This document shows positions 9,058 through 16,595 of a stretch of 31,303 bases of DNA, piece after piece. Position numbers and translations under genes: made by a program. This stretch comes from a virus. Taxonomy: Duplodnaviria; Caudoviricetes. The DNA lies in IMG/VR virus record IMGVR_UViG_3300021408_000087, positions 1 to 31,303 of that record. One strand, written 5' to 3'. How positions within the stretch are numbered: position 1 is the stretch's first letter; every line of letters begins with the position of its first letter. The notes beneath the pieces were generated by a model, which was given only the letters and a program-made list of their open reading frames with translations, ran no database searches and was not told the DNA's origin.

Positions 9058-9331
9058 CGTTGTTTTTCATTACTACTAATACATCACTGATATTTATGAA
9101 TTTAACCTTCTTTCCCTCTAGTTCAATTTCATGTGTGTCAGGGCTATATTTTGCATATAGGATTGTATCCCCAACTGAAAGCTGGTGATTACCCACATGA
9201 CTTGGTTGTTCAGGTACACAAACAATCTTTCCCTTATAGATAAAGTTATCCTGTACCTCTATTGTCTTGAATCCTTCCTGTACTGGTTCCTCAAGCTTCT
9301 CTACTACTATGTAATTTGAGTTGATATGCAT
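9041..9331 (-). CDS. groES: Co-chaperonin GroES (Cpn10), divergent
   Basis: 96 aa; YIVVEK, GKIVCV, LSVGDTILYAKYS, EIELEGKKVKFINISDVLVV follow the Cpn10 pattern; overlaps the groEL start. Confidence 0.85.
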   Translation of the reverse strand: MHINSNYIVVEKLEEPVQEGFKTIEVQDNFIYKGKIVCVPEQPSHVGNHQLSVGDTILYAKYSPDTHEIELEGKKVKFINISDVLVVMKNNDGRTE

Positions 9332-9333
9332 GG

Positions 9334-9633
9334 TTATATTCGTACTCGAACAATAAGTTCATCAATGCTATTAATGATGTTTTGCACAATACTCGACGCT
9401 GCTCCTAACTCCCTTCCAACAAGAGATTCCTTGAGTGAAGAAGGTAACTTAGCACTGTTTGTTACTTTAGGTCCAGGAACTTCATCACTAAGTACAGGAG
9501 ACAATTTTCGTTTAAGAGAATCAATTATTTCATGTGTAAATTCTAATTGACCTAGTAGAGACCTTATTTCAAGATATATTTCCCCAATAGGTTCAGGATC
9601 ATTACAAACTGCAGAACAATTACTTTTTTCCAT
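9334..9633 (-). CDS. Hypothetical coiled-coil protein
   Basis: Likely start MEKSNC at 9633, overlapping the upstream stop. Confidence 0.55.
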   Translation of the reverse strand: MEKSNCSAVCNDPEPIGEIYLEIRSLLGQLEFTHEIIDSLKRKLSPVLSDEVPGPKVTNSAKLPSSLKESLVGRELGAASSIVQNIINSIDELIVRVRI

Positions 9634-10057
9634 ACAATAAATTAAAATTAGTTTCCCAAGGCTGAATAATATCAGCAAAATGGCTGCCTCGGTCTTTCGC
9701 CATTAGCTTTGATCTGGTGAAGAATGCGTCCTTGTGTCGATCAGTGATCAATCTGATACACCAGTGCCCCTTGGAGCATTTATGCTTGTAGAATGCTATG
9801 GATTGGCTTGAATTGGTCCAGTCAACCTCTACTTGCTTCACAGCACCACCTTTGAAGTCCTCGTTGCACTTGGTGCAATAGAAATCAGTGAGTGCTACCG
9901 CCTTTGAGTCTTTGATAAGATCCTCACGCTCTGCAAGATCTTTGATACGGTTTCTGTGAAAAGTGCGGTCGTTAGATCGTTTCTCTTGTCCTTCAATCAG
10001 TTCACGTATGTAATAATGATCCTCAATATCGGGGTGTGGAGTGTGGTCAAATTTCAT
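9620..10057 (-). CDS. Hypothetical Zn-binding protein
   Basis: 145 aa with CTKC and CSKGH; ATGA-coupled to the upstream ORF. Confidence 0.65.
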   Translation of the reverse strand: MKFDHTPHPDIEDHYYIRELIEGQEKRSNDRTFHRNRIKDLAEREDLIKDSKAVALTDFYCTKCNEDFKGGAVKQVEVDWTNSSQSIAFYKHKCSKGHWCIRLITDRHKDAFFTRSKLMAKDRGSHFADIIQPWETNFNLLYGKK

Positions 10058-10257
10058 TTCCCTATACCAAAGATTCCTTTTAATCCCTTCTTCTCCTTCT
10101 CATATTCCTCATGCTCTGCAATTGTTCCTTCGCTAATGAACACAGCTTTTCCATCTCCACGATCAGGAATAGCCTCAATCTGTTCATCAGTAAGCTTTAA
10201 AAGGGCTTCTGGAGTTTTATTGCTCAGTTTCCACGCTCGTTTCAATCGGTGTAGCAT
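10054..10257 (-). CDS. Hypothetical protein
   Basis: 67 aa, fills the gap between terS and the next gene with overlaps. Confidence 0.6.
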   Translation of the reverse strand: MLHRLKRAWKLSNKTPEALLKLTDEQIEAIPDRGDGKAVFISEGTIAEHEEYEKEKKGLKGIFGIGK

Positions 10258-10780
10258 TGATTAGTTTCTCCTTAATGGTTTCGTTAATCTCTTTTACCTT
10301 GTCCTGCACCTCATTGGAGAATATGAAGTTATAAGTTGTGTTCGTCTGCTTTGGCTTGTCATCAGGATCAATAACACCATAGATATTGGTAGCGTGCTTT
10401 AATCCTTTGTCTACAGCAGTGTAATCAATCTCCTCCCCAACCTGTTCAATCTCACCGGTAGAGTTGTTATTCTTGTAGATAGGCTTTGATGCATGGAGTA
10501 AAATGTCAATCCTCTCTGCAATCTTCTCTGGGGTGATACCTTGCTTCTCAAGCGCAGATTTCAATGAAGTTTGCTTTATCTCTATAGCTTGTGCGACGTT
10601 AGGCTTTGTTAAGTTTTCACTACCCATTACCCTTGCTGTCAAGTCATTCGATACATTGTAGTTCTTCTTCACCGCTTCGCTTGCATTCCCTGTTGCAACA
10701 TAATGCTCCACAAAGCCTCTCTGCTTCTTAGTCAGTCTTTGGAGCTTCTTCGGTTGTGTCTGGCTTGTCTCCATGTTCAT
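10217..10780 (-). CDS. terS: Terminase small subunit
   Basis: LTKKQRGFVEHYVATGNASEAVKKNY...GSENLTKPNVAQAI is the Terminase_2-type HTH N-terminus. Confidence 0.9.
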   Translation of the reverse strand: MNMETSQTQPKKLQRLTKKQRGFVEHYVATGNASEAVKKNYNVSNDLTARVMGSENLTKPNVAQAIEIKQTSLKSALEKQGITPEKIAERIDILLHASKPIYKNNNSTGEIEQVGEEIDYTAVDKGLKHATNIYGVIDPDDKPKQTNTTYNFIFSNEVQDKVKEINETIKEKLINATPIETSVETEQ

Positions 10781-10931
10781 AGGGTGATGGCGTTGGTGGT
10801 TCTACTCGCTTTAACAGCTGTATTGATGAGATCACTCCCATCTCTGCTCCATGCTTTTTTAACACTTCCTGCAGGTCTTTAGTCAGTTCTTGTCCTTCTT
10901 CTGGAGTAAGTTCTCGTGTTGTGTATTCCAT
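10728..10931 (-). CDS. Hypothetical protein
   Basis: 67 aa in the operon upstream of terS. Confidence 0.6.
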   Translation of the reverse strand: MEYTTRELTPEEGQELTKDLQEVLKKHGAEMGVISSIQLLKRVEPPTPSPYEHGDKPDTTEEAPKTD

Positions 10932-10933
10932 GA

Positions 10934-11320
10934 TTAGAGTGATGCTAAGAGTTCATCAATAACATCAGCTTCTCCTAACTTAGGACTGTAGGTAGTCTTT
11001 TCAAGGATTTCTTTGATAGTATCAGGAGCTGTGATTTCTACCTCCTCACTCATGAGGGTCTTTAGTTCCATATCGATCTGTTCTACTTTATCCTTATTGA
11101 ATTCGTATTTTGTTCCATCTTTGAGTGCTGGCGTTCCATCTTCATTCTTAATACAGTATTCACGGTATATCTTCTCTCGGTCATCGTAGAAGTTCTGAGT
11201 GAGTTCTATAATAGGCTTGAGGAAATTGTCTCGTATTCGTGCTTCAGGTAGTGTTAGAACTCCTTCAGTGCCCTTTGCAACGTTAAATAACACCTCAAGG
11301 TAGGATTTTTTAATTTTCAT
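10934..11320 (-). CDS. Hypothetical protein (DUF1617-like helical phage protein, tentative)
   Basis: Likely start MKIKKSY; DREKIYREYCIKNEDGTP...ELKTLMSEEVEI pattern. Confidence 0.55.
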   Translation of the reverse strand: MKIKKSYLEVLFNVAKGTEGVLTLPEARIRDNFLKPIIELTQNFYDDREKIYREYCIKNEDGTPALKDGTKYEFNKDKVEQIDMELKTLMSEEVEITAPDTIKEILEKTTYSPKLGEADVIDELLASL

Positions 11321-11441
11321 GTTCTGTTGTTTCTTCAGGCTGTTCAGCCGCTTCTGTTGGTACAGAATCATGTGCTTCTAAACTGGTCTCCGGTTCAGGA
11401 GTTTCGACAGGAGTTACCTGATCGATAGTTTCTTCATTCAT
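11310..11441 (-). CDS. Small acidic hypothetical protein (43 aa)
   Basis: Manual translation MNEETIDQVTPVETPEPETSLEAHDSVPTEAAEQPEETTEHEN; first ORF after the putative promoter. Confidence 0.5.
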   Translation of the reverse strand: MNEETIDQVTPVETPEPETSLEAHDSVPTEAAEQPEETTEHEN

Positions 11442-11453
11442 TTGTATAACTAG

Positions 11454-11480
11454 AAAAAATAATGAGTAATAATACTCACC
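11454..11480 (-). terminator. Weak terminator-like hairpin in the leader of the packaging operon
   Basis: Minus strand GGTGAGTA-TTAT-TACTCATT, then ATTTTTT. Confidence 0.4.
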
Positions 11481-11492
11481 ACATCGTATGAA

Positions 11493-11518
11493 AGTATAGC
11501 ACGTTTTTAGCGTGTCAA
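11493..11518 (-). promoter_or_regulatory. Extended -10 promoter for the packaging operon
   Basis: Minus strand TGcTATACT; a TTGACA lies upstream but at only 14 nt spacing. Confidence 0.5.
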
Positions 11519-11525
11519 CAAATTA

Positions 11526-11550
11526 AAACTCCCTAATATCTAGGGAGTTT
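11526..11550. terminator. Intrinsic terminator after the YegP-like gene (possibly bidirectional)
   Basis: Perfect 10-bp stem AAACTCCCTA/TAGGGAGTTT with AT-rich flanks. Confidence 0.7.
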
Positions 11551-11566
11551 CTTTATATTTATAAAA

Positions 11567-11773
11567 TTATGATTTCTTCTTTGGTTTAATCGTCTTATTT
11601 ATCACCTCAGCGTTTTTAAGTATTTTTTGAATTGCTTTTACACCTTTGTTCACTCCTTGAGTTGTCTTATACATCTCACTCGTGACGATGGTCTCGTTAT
11701 TACCTCCTTTTACAACAAAGTATTTCTGATTGTCTTTCGAGTCTTTGATTATGATCTTATTTTTGTTGGTCAT
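11567..11773 (-). CDS. YegP/DUF1508 family protein (moron)
   Basis: KDSKDNQKYFVVKGGNNETIVTSEMYKTTQGVNKGVKAI follows the DUF1508 pattern. Confidence 0.75.
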   Translation of the reverse strand: MTNKNKIIIKDSKDNQKYFVVKGGNNETIVTSEMYKTTQGVNKGVKAIQKILKNAEVINKTIKPKKKS

Positions 11774-11779
11774 ACTGTA

Positions 11780-11807
11780 AGTATATTACTTGGACATCAT
11801 GTGTCAA
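11780..11807 (-). promoter_or_regulatory. Sigma70 promoter, probably yielding leaderless mRNA
   Basis: TTGACA, 16 nt, TATACT; the ATG begins 7 nt after the -10 box. Confidence 0.7.
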
Positions 11808-11825
11808 ACATTACCCGACCAATAG

Positions 11826-11849
11826 AAAAAGACTCCAGTAAAGGAGTCT
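11826..11849 (-). terminator. Intrinsic terminator ending the early operon
   Basis: Minus strand AGACTCC-TTTACT-GGAGTCT, then a T-run. Confidence 0.7.
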
Positions 11850-11907
11850 GATTCTAGTGCATTATATCTCTCGCAAGACGAAGGTGTAAGTATTGTGACT
11901 CCAAATC

Positions 11908-12130
11908 CCTGCTACCTGAGTAGCAGGATACTGGCTTAGCTGGACCTGTAAAACTTGATCCCTCAAAAGGAACCAGCGCTCTCTTATTAATCGAGAGTGT
12001 CCTCCAAGCCAATATGCTACTACCCTACTTACTATGCTCGTGGGGAACTCTTGTAGCTACAAGGATTCAATTTGATTTATATGGATCTATAGTCTCCAAT
12101 ATCTTCATCTATCCCCCAAGAACATAGTAA
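11908..12130 (-). ncRNA. Putative structured RNA(s): two multibranch elements and a hairpin
   Basis: No ORF in the track; closing stems at 11928-12015 (12 bp) and 12029-12130 (19 bp, 1 mismatch), each with 2 G-U pairs on the minus strand. Confidence 0.5.
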
Positions 12131-12255
12131 AGTGAATATCTTTTTATAAGTTTAGAGCATAAACCTATCAATGTACAACCATTTTCGTGATGTTACGAAA
12201 ATGGTATTTCACCATAGCTTATCAGTTTCGTAAACTGTCGAAGGTGATGTGCTAC

Positions 12256-12453
12256 TTACAGTGTACCACCTTCTTTATGTGAAATGAATATTTTAAGGGT
12301 TTTTCCATCGTCCTGCAACAATAGCTCTACCGTAGGGTCTGTAACGTCAGTCTTATCGTATTCACTCCAATAGGTATATACTCTCCCTCCTCCACTTTCA
12401 AGAGGACGGGTGTGATCAATAATTTCTATACGGGTTACTTTTTGTATATTCAT
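12256..12453 (-). CDS. Conserved hypothetical phage protein
   Basis: KVTRIEIID...VELLLQDDGKTLKIFI resembles a recurrent small phage family. Confidence 0.7.
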   Translation of the reverse strand: MNIQKVTRIEIIDHTRPLESGGGRVYTYWSEYDKTDVTDPTVELLLQDDGKTLKIFISHKEGGTL

Positions 12454-12459
12454 AGTGAT

Positions 12460-12687
12460 TTATTGTTGGGTTACTAATGCTTTCTTTATAAATGCTTGTT
12501 TTCGACGATTTTTAACACTTTTTGTTGTATGTTTTCCTCTAGTTCGAGGGATTTTCATGCCATTACTCATGTGCGTACGACATGTTGTTGCATAACGTGT
12601 GACACCGCAAATATCGCATTTACCTTTAGGTTTTCTAGATTTAGAACAAAAATTACAATGTCCAGTATCTTTATGATTACAAGCCAT
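12460..12687 (-). CDS. Small basic Cys/His-rich protein
   Basis: 75 aa; CxxC pairs; TAATG-coupled to the upstream gene. Confidence 0.5.
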   Translation of the reverse strand: MACNHKDTGHCNFCSKSRKPKGKCDICGVTRYATTCRTHMSNGMKIPRTRGKHTTKSVKNRRKQAFIKKALVTQQ

Positions 12688-13673
12688 TATTTCAACTCCT
12701 TGTCTTCATTGGTAAAACGAAGTCCTTTTTTCATCATGTAGGATTCGATAACATCAACAGTTCTCTGTGCGTGAATTGGAGAGCTTTCTGCACGAGCTAT
12801 AGCGATGAAGTCTTTGATAACCTGCTCTCTCGTTCGCTGTATTGCTTTCTGCTCGACGAATTTGACTATGCTTTCAATAGTCTCTCTGACTCTTTCCGAA
12901 TGCCTCGCATATCCTTTAGCTCTGTTTTTCCAAGTATCAATAGCTAGGTTCGCTGCAATAAGTTCCCAATCACTCACTGCTTCGGGGTTAGGTTTTGGGA
13001 AAAATTTATGATTAAAACCAGGTAAACACCGTAAATTTTCTTTATCTATCCAGTATTTACTAACTCCGCAATGGCCACAATCTGGAGTATTGGCAAGTTT
13101 CTTTTTAAAAAGCACCCTGCTTCTCCCATGCTCTTCCTTCATTCGGAACGCCTCCGCGATGTCTTCGCTCTTGCCTATGATTTCGCCGTTCATGATAATT
13201 TTTCCATATTCGTCCATCTTTAGTGTGTCGTTCTTTGCGACGAAATAGAAGGGGAAGTATTTTTCCTTATGCTCTTCTAATAATTTACTGCTAGTTTTTT
13301 CATCTACTGCTACGGAAGAGCAAGTACATTTCCCCTTTTCTTCTGATGGTTGGTTATGAACTGCACAATCTGAGAAATGAGGTCTTATTTTACATTCACC
13401 ACACTGACAGCTTGTTTGGCATTTACCACAGAGACAATCTTTTATCACATTGTTGTCATCGGCATAACTAGGACATTTATATTGTTCGCATCGCTCTCCC
13501 TGTTCTTTCACTTCATTGTGTACTGTGTATTGCTTATAAAAGTCCTCCTCGTTCAGGACTTCATTACCTACCTGATACCCATATTGATGCTTTCCAAAAT
13601 AGTCGTCCATAGCATCTACAGGTACTTCTTCATCAGTCTTGCGATGTTTTGCCTTGAATGTGTAACTACTCAT
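12687..13673 (-). CDS. Mosaic hypothetical protein with several Cys-rich modules
   Basis: 328 aa; HFSDCAVHN...CTC and CGHC modules; ATGA-coupled. Confidence 0.65.
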   Translation of the reverse strand: MSSYTFKAKHRKTDEEVPVDAMDDYFGKHQYGYQVGNEVLNEEDFYKQYTVHNEVKEQGERCEQYKCPSYADDNNVIKDCLCGKCQTSCQCGECKIRPHFSDCAVHNQPSEEKGKCTCSSVAVDEKTSSKLLEEHKEKYFPFYFVAKNDTLKMDEYGKIIMNGEIIGKSEDIAEAFRMKEEHGRSRVLFKKKLANTPDCGHCGVSKYWIDKENLRCLPGFNHKFFPKPNPEAVSDWELIAANLAIDTWKNRAKGYARHSERVRETIESIVKFVEQKAIQRTREQVIKDFIAIARAESSPIHAQRTVDVIESYMMKKGLRFTNEDKELK

Positions 13674-13990
13674 GATGTAACTCCTCCAATTCCTCCAATT
13701 CCGTTACTAGCCGTATCATTTGTATCAGTACTGATTTTATGAATACTCTTAATCAATCTTTCTCGTTCATCAATTCTAGCATTCTCAATTGATTTTAAAA
13801 AGAAAGCTTTGAAAAGGGATTCGTTTTCGCTTCGCAGCACACTTACTATCTTTTCTATTTTTAATGGGTTAATGGATAATTGTGCAAGAGCTTCTGTTCT
13901 TTCAAACCATTTATAAAACTCATCTATATCGGCATCAGGTTTAAAGTCTACATTCATGACTCCTTCGTAGGTTTCTTCTTGTTGTTTCAT
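13670..13990 (-). CDS. Hypothetical protein
   Basis: 106 aa ORF in the operon. Confidence 0.6.
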   Translation of the reverse strand: MKQQEETYEGVMNVDFKPDADIDEFYKWFERTEALAQLSINPLKIEKIVSVLRSENESLFKAFFLKSIENARIDERERLIKSIHKISTDTNDTASNGIGGIGGVTS

Positions 13991-13991
13991 A

Positions 13992-14159
13992 TTATTGGTT
14001 TGATTGATTATTTAATATGTGTACTATGACGAAAGAAATAAATATAAAGAATCCTATGACTAGTCCTTCACGTCCCTTATCCCACCAATAGCCAAGATAA
14101 CAGGAAACACCCAAAGATTTTAGAAAATCCCACGTCGTCATTCTATTTTCTTCTTCCAT
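13992..14159 (-). CDS. Small membrane protein (55 aa)
   Basis: Manual translation MEEENRMTTWDFLKSLGVSCYLGYWWDKGREGLVIGFFIFISFVIVHILNNQSNQ; fills the gap exactly. Confidence 0.55.
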   Translation of the reverse strand: MEEENRMTTWDFLKSLGVSCYLGYWWDKGREGLVIGFFIFISFVIVHILNNQSNQ

Positions 14160-14162
14160 ACT

Positions 14163-14441
14163 TTAACTCTCTAATGATTTGATTGATAATACTTCGTCAA
14201 GGGCTTGTACTTTTGCATTGTATCTAAGAGCATCACTAAGATTTCCTTCATGAATACATTCTTTTTGATATTTATCTTTTTCTTCTCTTAATATCCCTAT
14301 CTCCTTCTTTATCTCTGCTTTGAGGGAGTCTATCCAAGATAGCCACCAATGAGCAAGAACCTCTGCATCTTCAGTAACTTTAAGTGACTGTTTCTCTTGT
14401 ATTAGTTTTTTCCATTCTTCCTTTAATTTTTCATTATTCAT
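14163..14441 (-). CDS. Hypothetical protein
   Basis: 92 aa; ATGA-coupled to the upstream gene. Confidence 0.6.
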   Translation of the reverse strand: MNNEKLKEEWKKLIQEKQSLKVTEDAEVLAHWWLSWIDSLKAEIKKEIGILREEKDKYQKECIHEGNLSDALRYNAKVQALDEVLSIKSLES

Positions 14442-14956
14442 TTCAACAACTCTGGGTTGACTAGACTTTCTAGTTTTTCAATTCGTTTTTCTAAGGACAA
14501 AGTATCTAAGGTACTAGAAGAGTTAAGTTTCTTAGAATCTTTATCTGCTTCACAGAGAAACGCCCAGCGGCCGTCCCAGACGTTCCCGACGCCGGCCATG
14601 AACAGCTCGCGGTCAGAATCACCGTCACGGAACACATCCAAGAAACAGCGGTTACCGTCCCTGTCGAGGAACACCGAAGAGGGTGCTACTAGCCACGTAT
14701 CCCTCGGCATGTCATCTGATAAACCGAAAGCAATGAGAGCATTTAGGGAGGCGGGTTTCAACCCTTTTGATTTAAAATCTTCTAGAATTTCTTCTGTTGT
14801 CATTGTCTTGTCATATCTCACTACCTGTACGGTTGTGGGAGTGGTGATATTCTCCAAGGGAACAGTTTTGTTCGTAATATGAGAATATACGTAAGAGAAT
14901 CTATCTTTAACTGATTCGATGTCGTGTATTGGTTGTACGGTGTATGTTTTAGTCAT
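14438..14956 (-). CDS. Hypothetical protein carrying a DGR variable-region-like segment
   Basis: 172 aa; the segment PSSVFLDRDGNRCFLDVFRDGDSDRELFMAGVGNVWDGRWAFLC has anomalous codon use. Confidence 0.7.
   Translation of the reverse strand: MTKTYTVQPIHDIESVKDRFSYVYSHITNKTVPLENITTPTTVQVVRYDKTMTTEEILEDFKSKGLKPASLNALIAFGLSDDMPRDTWLVAPSSVFLDRDGNRCFLDVFRDGDSDRELFMAGVGNVWDGRWAFLCEADKDSKKLNSSSTLDTLSLEKRIEKLESLVNPELLK
14552..14683 (-). other. Putative DGR variable region (VR)
   Basis: Hand count: 44 codons, 22 end in C, none end in A, 81/132 GC (61%) inside an otherwise AT-rich gene. Confidence 0.6.
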
Positions 14957-14999
14957 ACTTAAAACTCCTTAATTATTTTGTTTATTACTTGATAATAGT

Positions 15000-15082
15000 T
15001 GATGAGCCTGTGGCCCTAAACAGTTAATTCTGTTTTACAGCGCTGTAGCAGGTTGCGATCCCGCAGGGCCAAAGACTCACCA
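15000..15082 (-). ncRNA. Putative four-way-junction structured RNA
   Basis: 18-bp closing stem (1 mismatch, 2 G-U) enclosing three contiguous hairpins. Confidence 0.55.
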
Positions 15083-15096
15083 TTGTTTTTATTAGG

Positions 15097-15240
15097 TTAA
15101 AATTTCTTCCATGCGACATCAACCTTGTCTATCTTGTATATCATCATCAAGGTTTCAAGTTCAATGAGAAAGTCGATTACTCTTTCTGGATTTAGTTCTG
15201 TCTCTCCCTTGATGTCTCCAGTTAATTTTGATTCTTTCAT
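15097..15240 (-). CDS. Small hypothetical protein (47 aa)
   Basis: Manual translation MKESKLTGDIKGETELNPERVIDFLIELETLMMIYKIDKVDVAWKKF. Confidence 0.55.
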   Translation of the reverse strand: MKESKLTGDIKGETELNPERVIDFLIELETLMMIYKIDKVDVAWKKF

Positions 15241-15244
15241 ATAT

Positions 15245-15445
15245 TTATTGTCTATGTTGAGGACGCCCTTTACAGAATTGGCGCTTTGCGTCCCATGGTT
15301 CTTCTAATAATTCACCACAGATATTGCATCTTTCAGGCTTCATTCCTCCACAGAGCCAGTAGATGAAGTAAAACGGTAATCCGATGATGAGAATAGGAGC
15401 AAAGATAATGCAGAATATGATTGCGGGCCAGTTAATGTTTTTCAT
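15245..15445 (-). CDS. Small membrane protein with CxxC
   Basis: N-terminal hydrophobic segment, CNIC; ATGA-coupled. Confidence 0.55.
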   Translation of the reverse strand: MKNINWPAIIFCIIFAPILIIGLPFYFIYWLCGGMKPERCNICGELLEEPWDAKRQFCKGRPQHRQ

Positions 15446-15624
15446 TTTTTTCTAATACTTAGATAATCTTGGTAAAGAGCTGTCATTATCCCAATCCCCA
15501 TAGTAAATCCTAGGATTGTTATAATTAATAATGAAGTCTTTTCTTCTAACTGGATGTAGTTTCCGTTTAGTTCTATAGTAAATAGAACTCCTATAATGAA
15601 TGTTCTCATCTTAATTCTCGGCAT
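15442..15624 (-). CDS. Small membrane protein
   Basis: 60 aa with two hydrophobic stretches. Confidence 0.5.
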   Translation of the reverse strand: MPRIKMRTFIIGVLFTIELNGNYIQLEEKTSLLIITILGFTMGIGIMTALYQDYLSIRKK

Positions 15625-15629
15625 ATGCC

Positions 15630-16193
15630 TTATCTATTAATAGTTTTCTTTGCACAATTATTTGATAACTCTATATCGCTTTCCAATTCATTTCCCCATA
15701 CGTCCCACCCTTCTGTTTTATCTCTGGCAAACAGTTCAATACGAGAGACATCACCACTACACCGTACAATGAGATCTCTAAAGCTATCTGGTTTCTTACT
15801 GTGTTGTCTTGGATTTTGTTCAACGAACATATTCTTTGTTGTCTTATTCAAGATTTTCATTTTGCCTTTTGTTGCAAATAAAACATGTTCTGTGCAGCCT
15901 CTAAAGTAATACCCCATACCCATTTCTGGCGTTCCATCTTTATACGTTTTAACCCACGTTATGGTTGTTTTGTACTTGAATCCCCATTCCTTTATCAGCT
16001 TTAATCCTTCTTCTAAGAAAGGGTTTGTAACCCACAAATATAAATGGCAATCAGTATCTGTTATTTCATGTATGGGTAATGTACATATGTCTTCGAAATT
16101 CATTGTTGGATAAGAGTGTTCGTTACTACCATTACCCCAATTCTCTTTGTATTTCCACGGAGGATCCGCATATATTATTTTGTATTTCTTCAT
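15630..16193 (-). CDS. MT-A70 family adenine methyltransferase
   Basis: YKIIYADPPW, LYLWVT, WGFKYKT...WVK, GMGYYFRGCTEH, HSKKP, RIELFAR, GWDVWGNE. Confidence 0.92.
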   Translation of the reverse strand: MKKYKIIYADPPWKYKENWGNGSNEHSYPTMNFEDICTLPIHEITDTDCHLYLWVTNPFLEEGLKLIKEWGFKYKTTITWVKTYKDGTPEMGMGYYFRGCTEHVLFATKGKMKILNKTTKNMFVEQNPRQHSKKPDSFRDLIVRCSGDVSRIELFARDKTEGWDVWGNELESDIELSNNCAKKTINR

Positions 16194-16202
16194 TACTATT
16201 GC

Positions 16203-16595
16203 TTATTTCTTCTTTGTCTTTACGATTTTATTATGTAATGTACTTTCTATAATAGAAGTTACTAACTTCCTGAGATCAAGTAACTCTTCTGAAAATAATT
16301 GAACAGTATCTTGAACAGTATTGAATCTTAACGTTGTTACCTCATCTAAACTTTCTATTCCATTATTAAGAATAGTTATATCTTGTTTTAGGGAACTTTT
16401 TAGTATATTTTTTATTGCAGTAATCTCTGCTCTACATCTTGAGTTAAATGCTTTATCAACCATACTCTGAAATCGAGGATCCTGATTCTTAACTTGTTTC
16501 TTTAACTCATTGATTTCTCTTCTCTGTTTCCTGAAAAATCGAATGTCTGCACCTATCAACACTATCAGTAAAATTATTGTTATAATATGTATCAT
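16203..16595 (-). CDS. Membrane-anchored coiled-coil protein
   Basis: N-terminal TM segment followed by a basic, helical region. Confidence 0.6.
   Translation of the reverse strand: MIHIITIILLIVLIGADIRFFRKQRREINELKKQVKNQDPRFQSMVDKAFNSRCRAEITAIKNILKSSLKQDITILNNGIESLDEVTTLRFNTVQDTVQLFSEELLDLRKLVTSIIESTLHNKIVKTKKK

Noticed and set aside
15000-15082. tRNA gene
   Set aside because: Cloverleaf-like, but the closing stem is 18 bp and there is no GTTCRA T-loop, D-loop GG or CCA.
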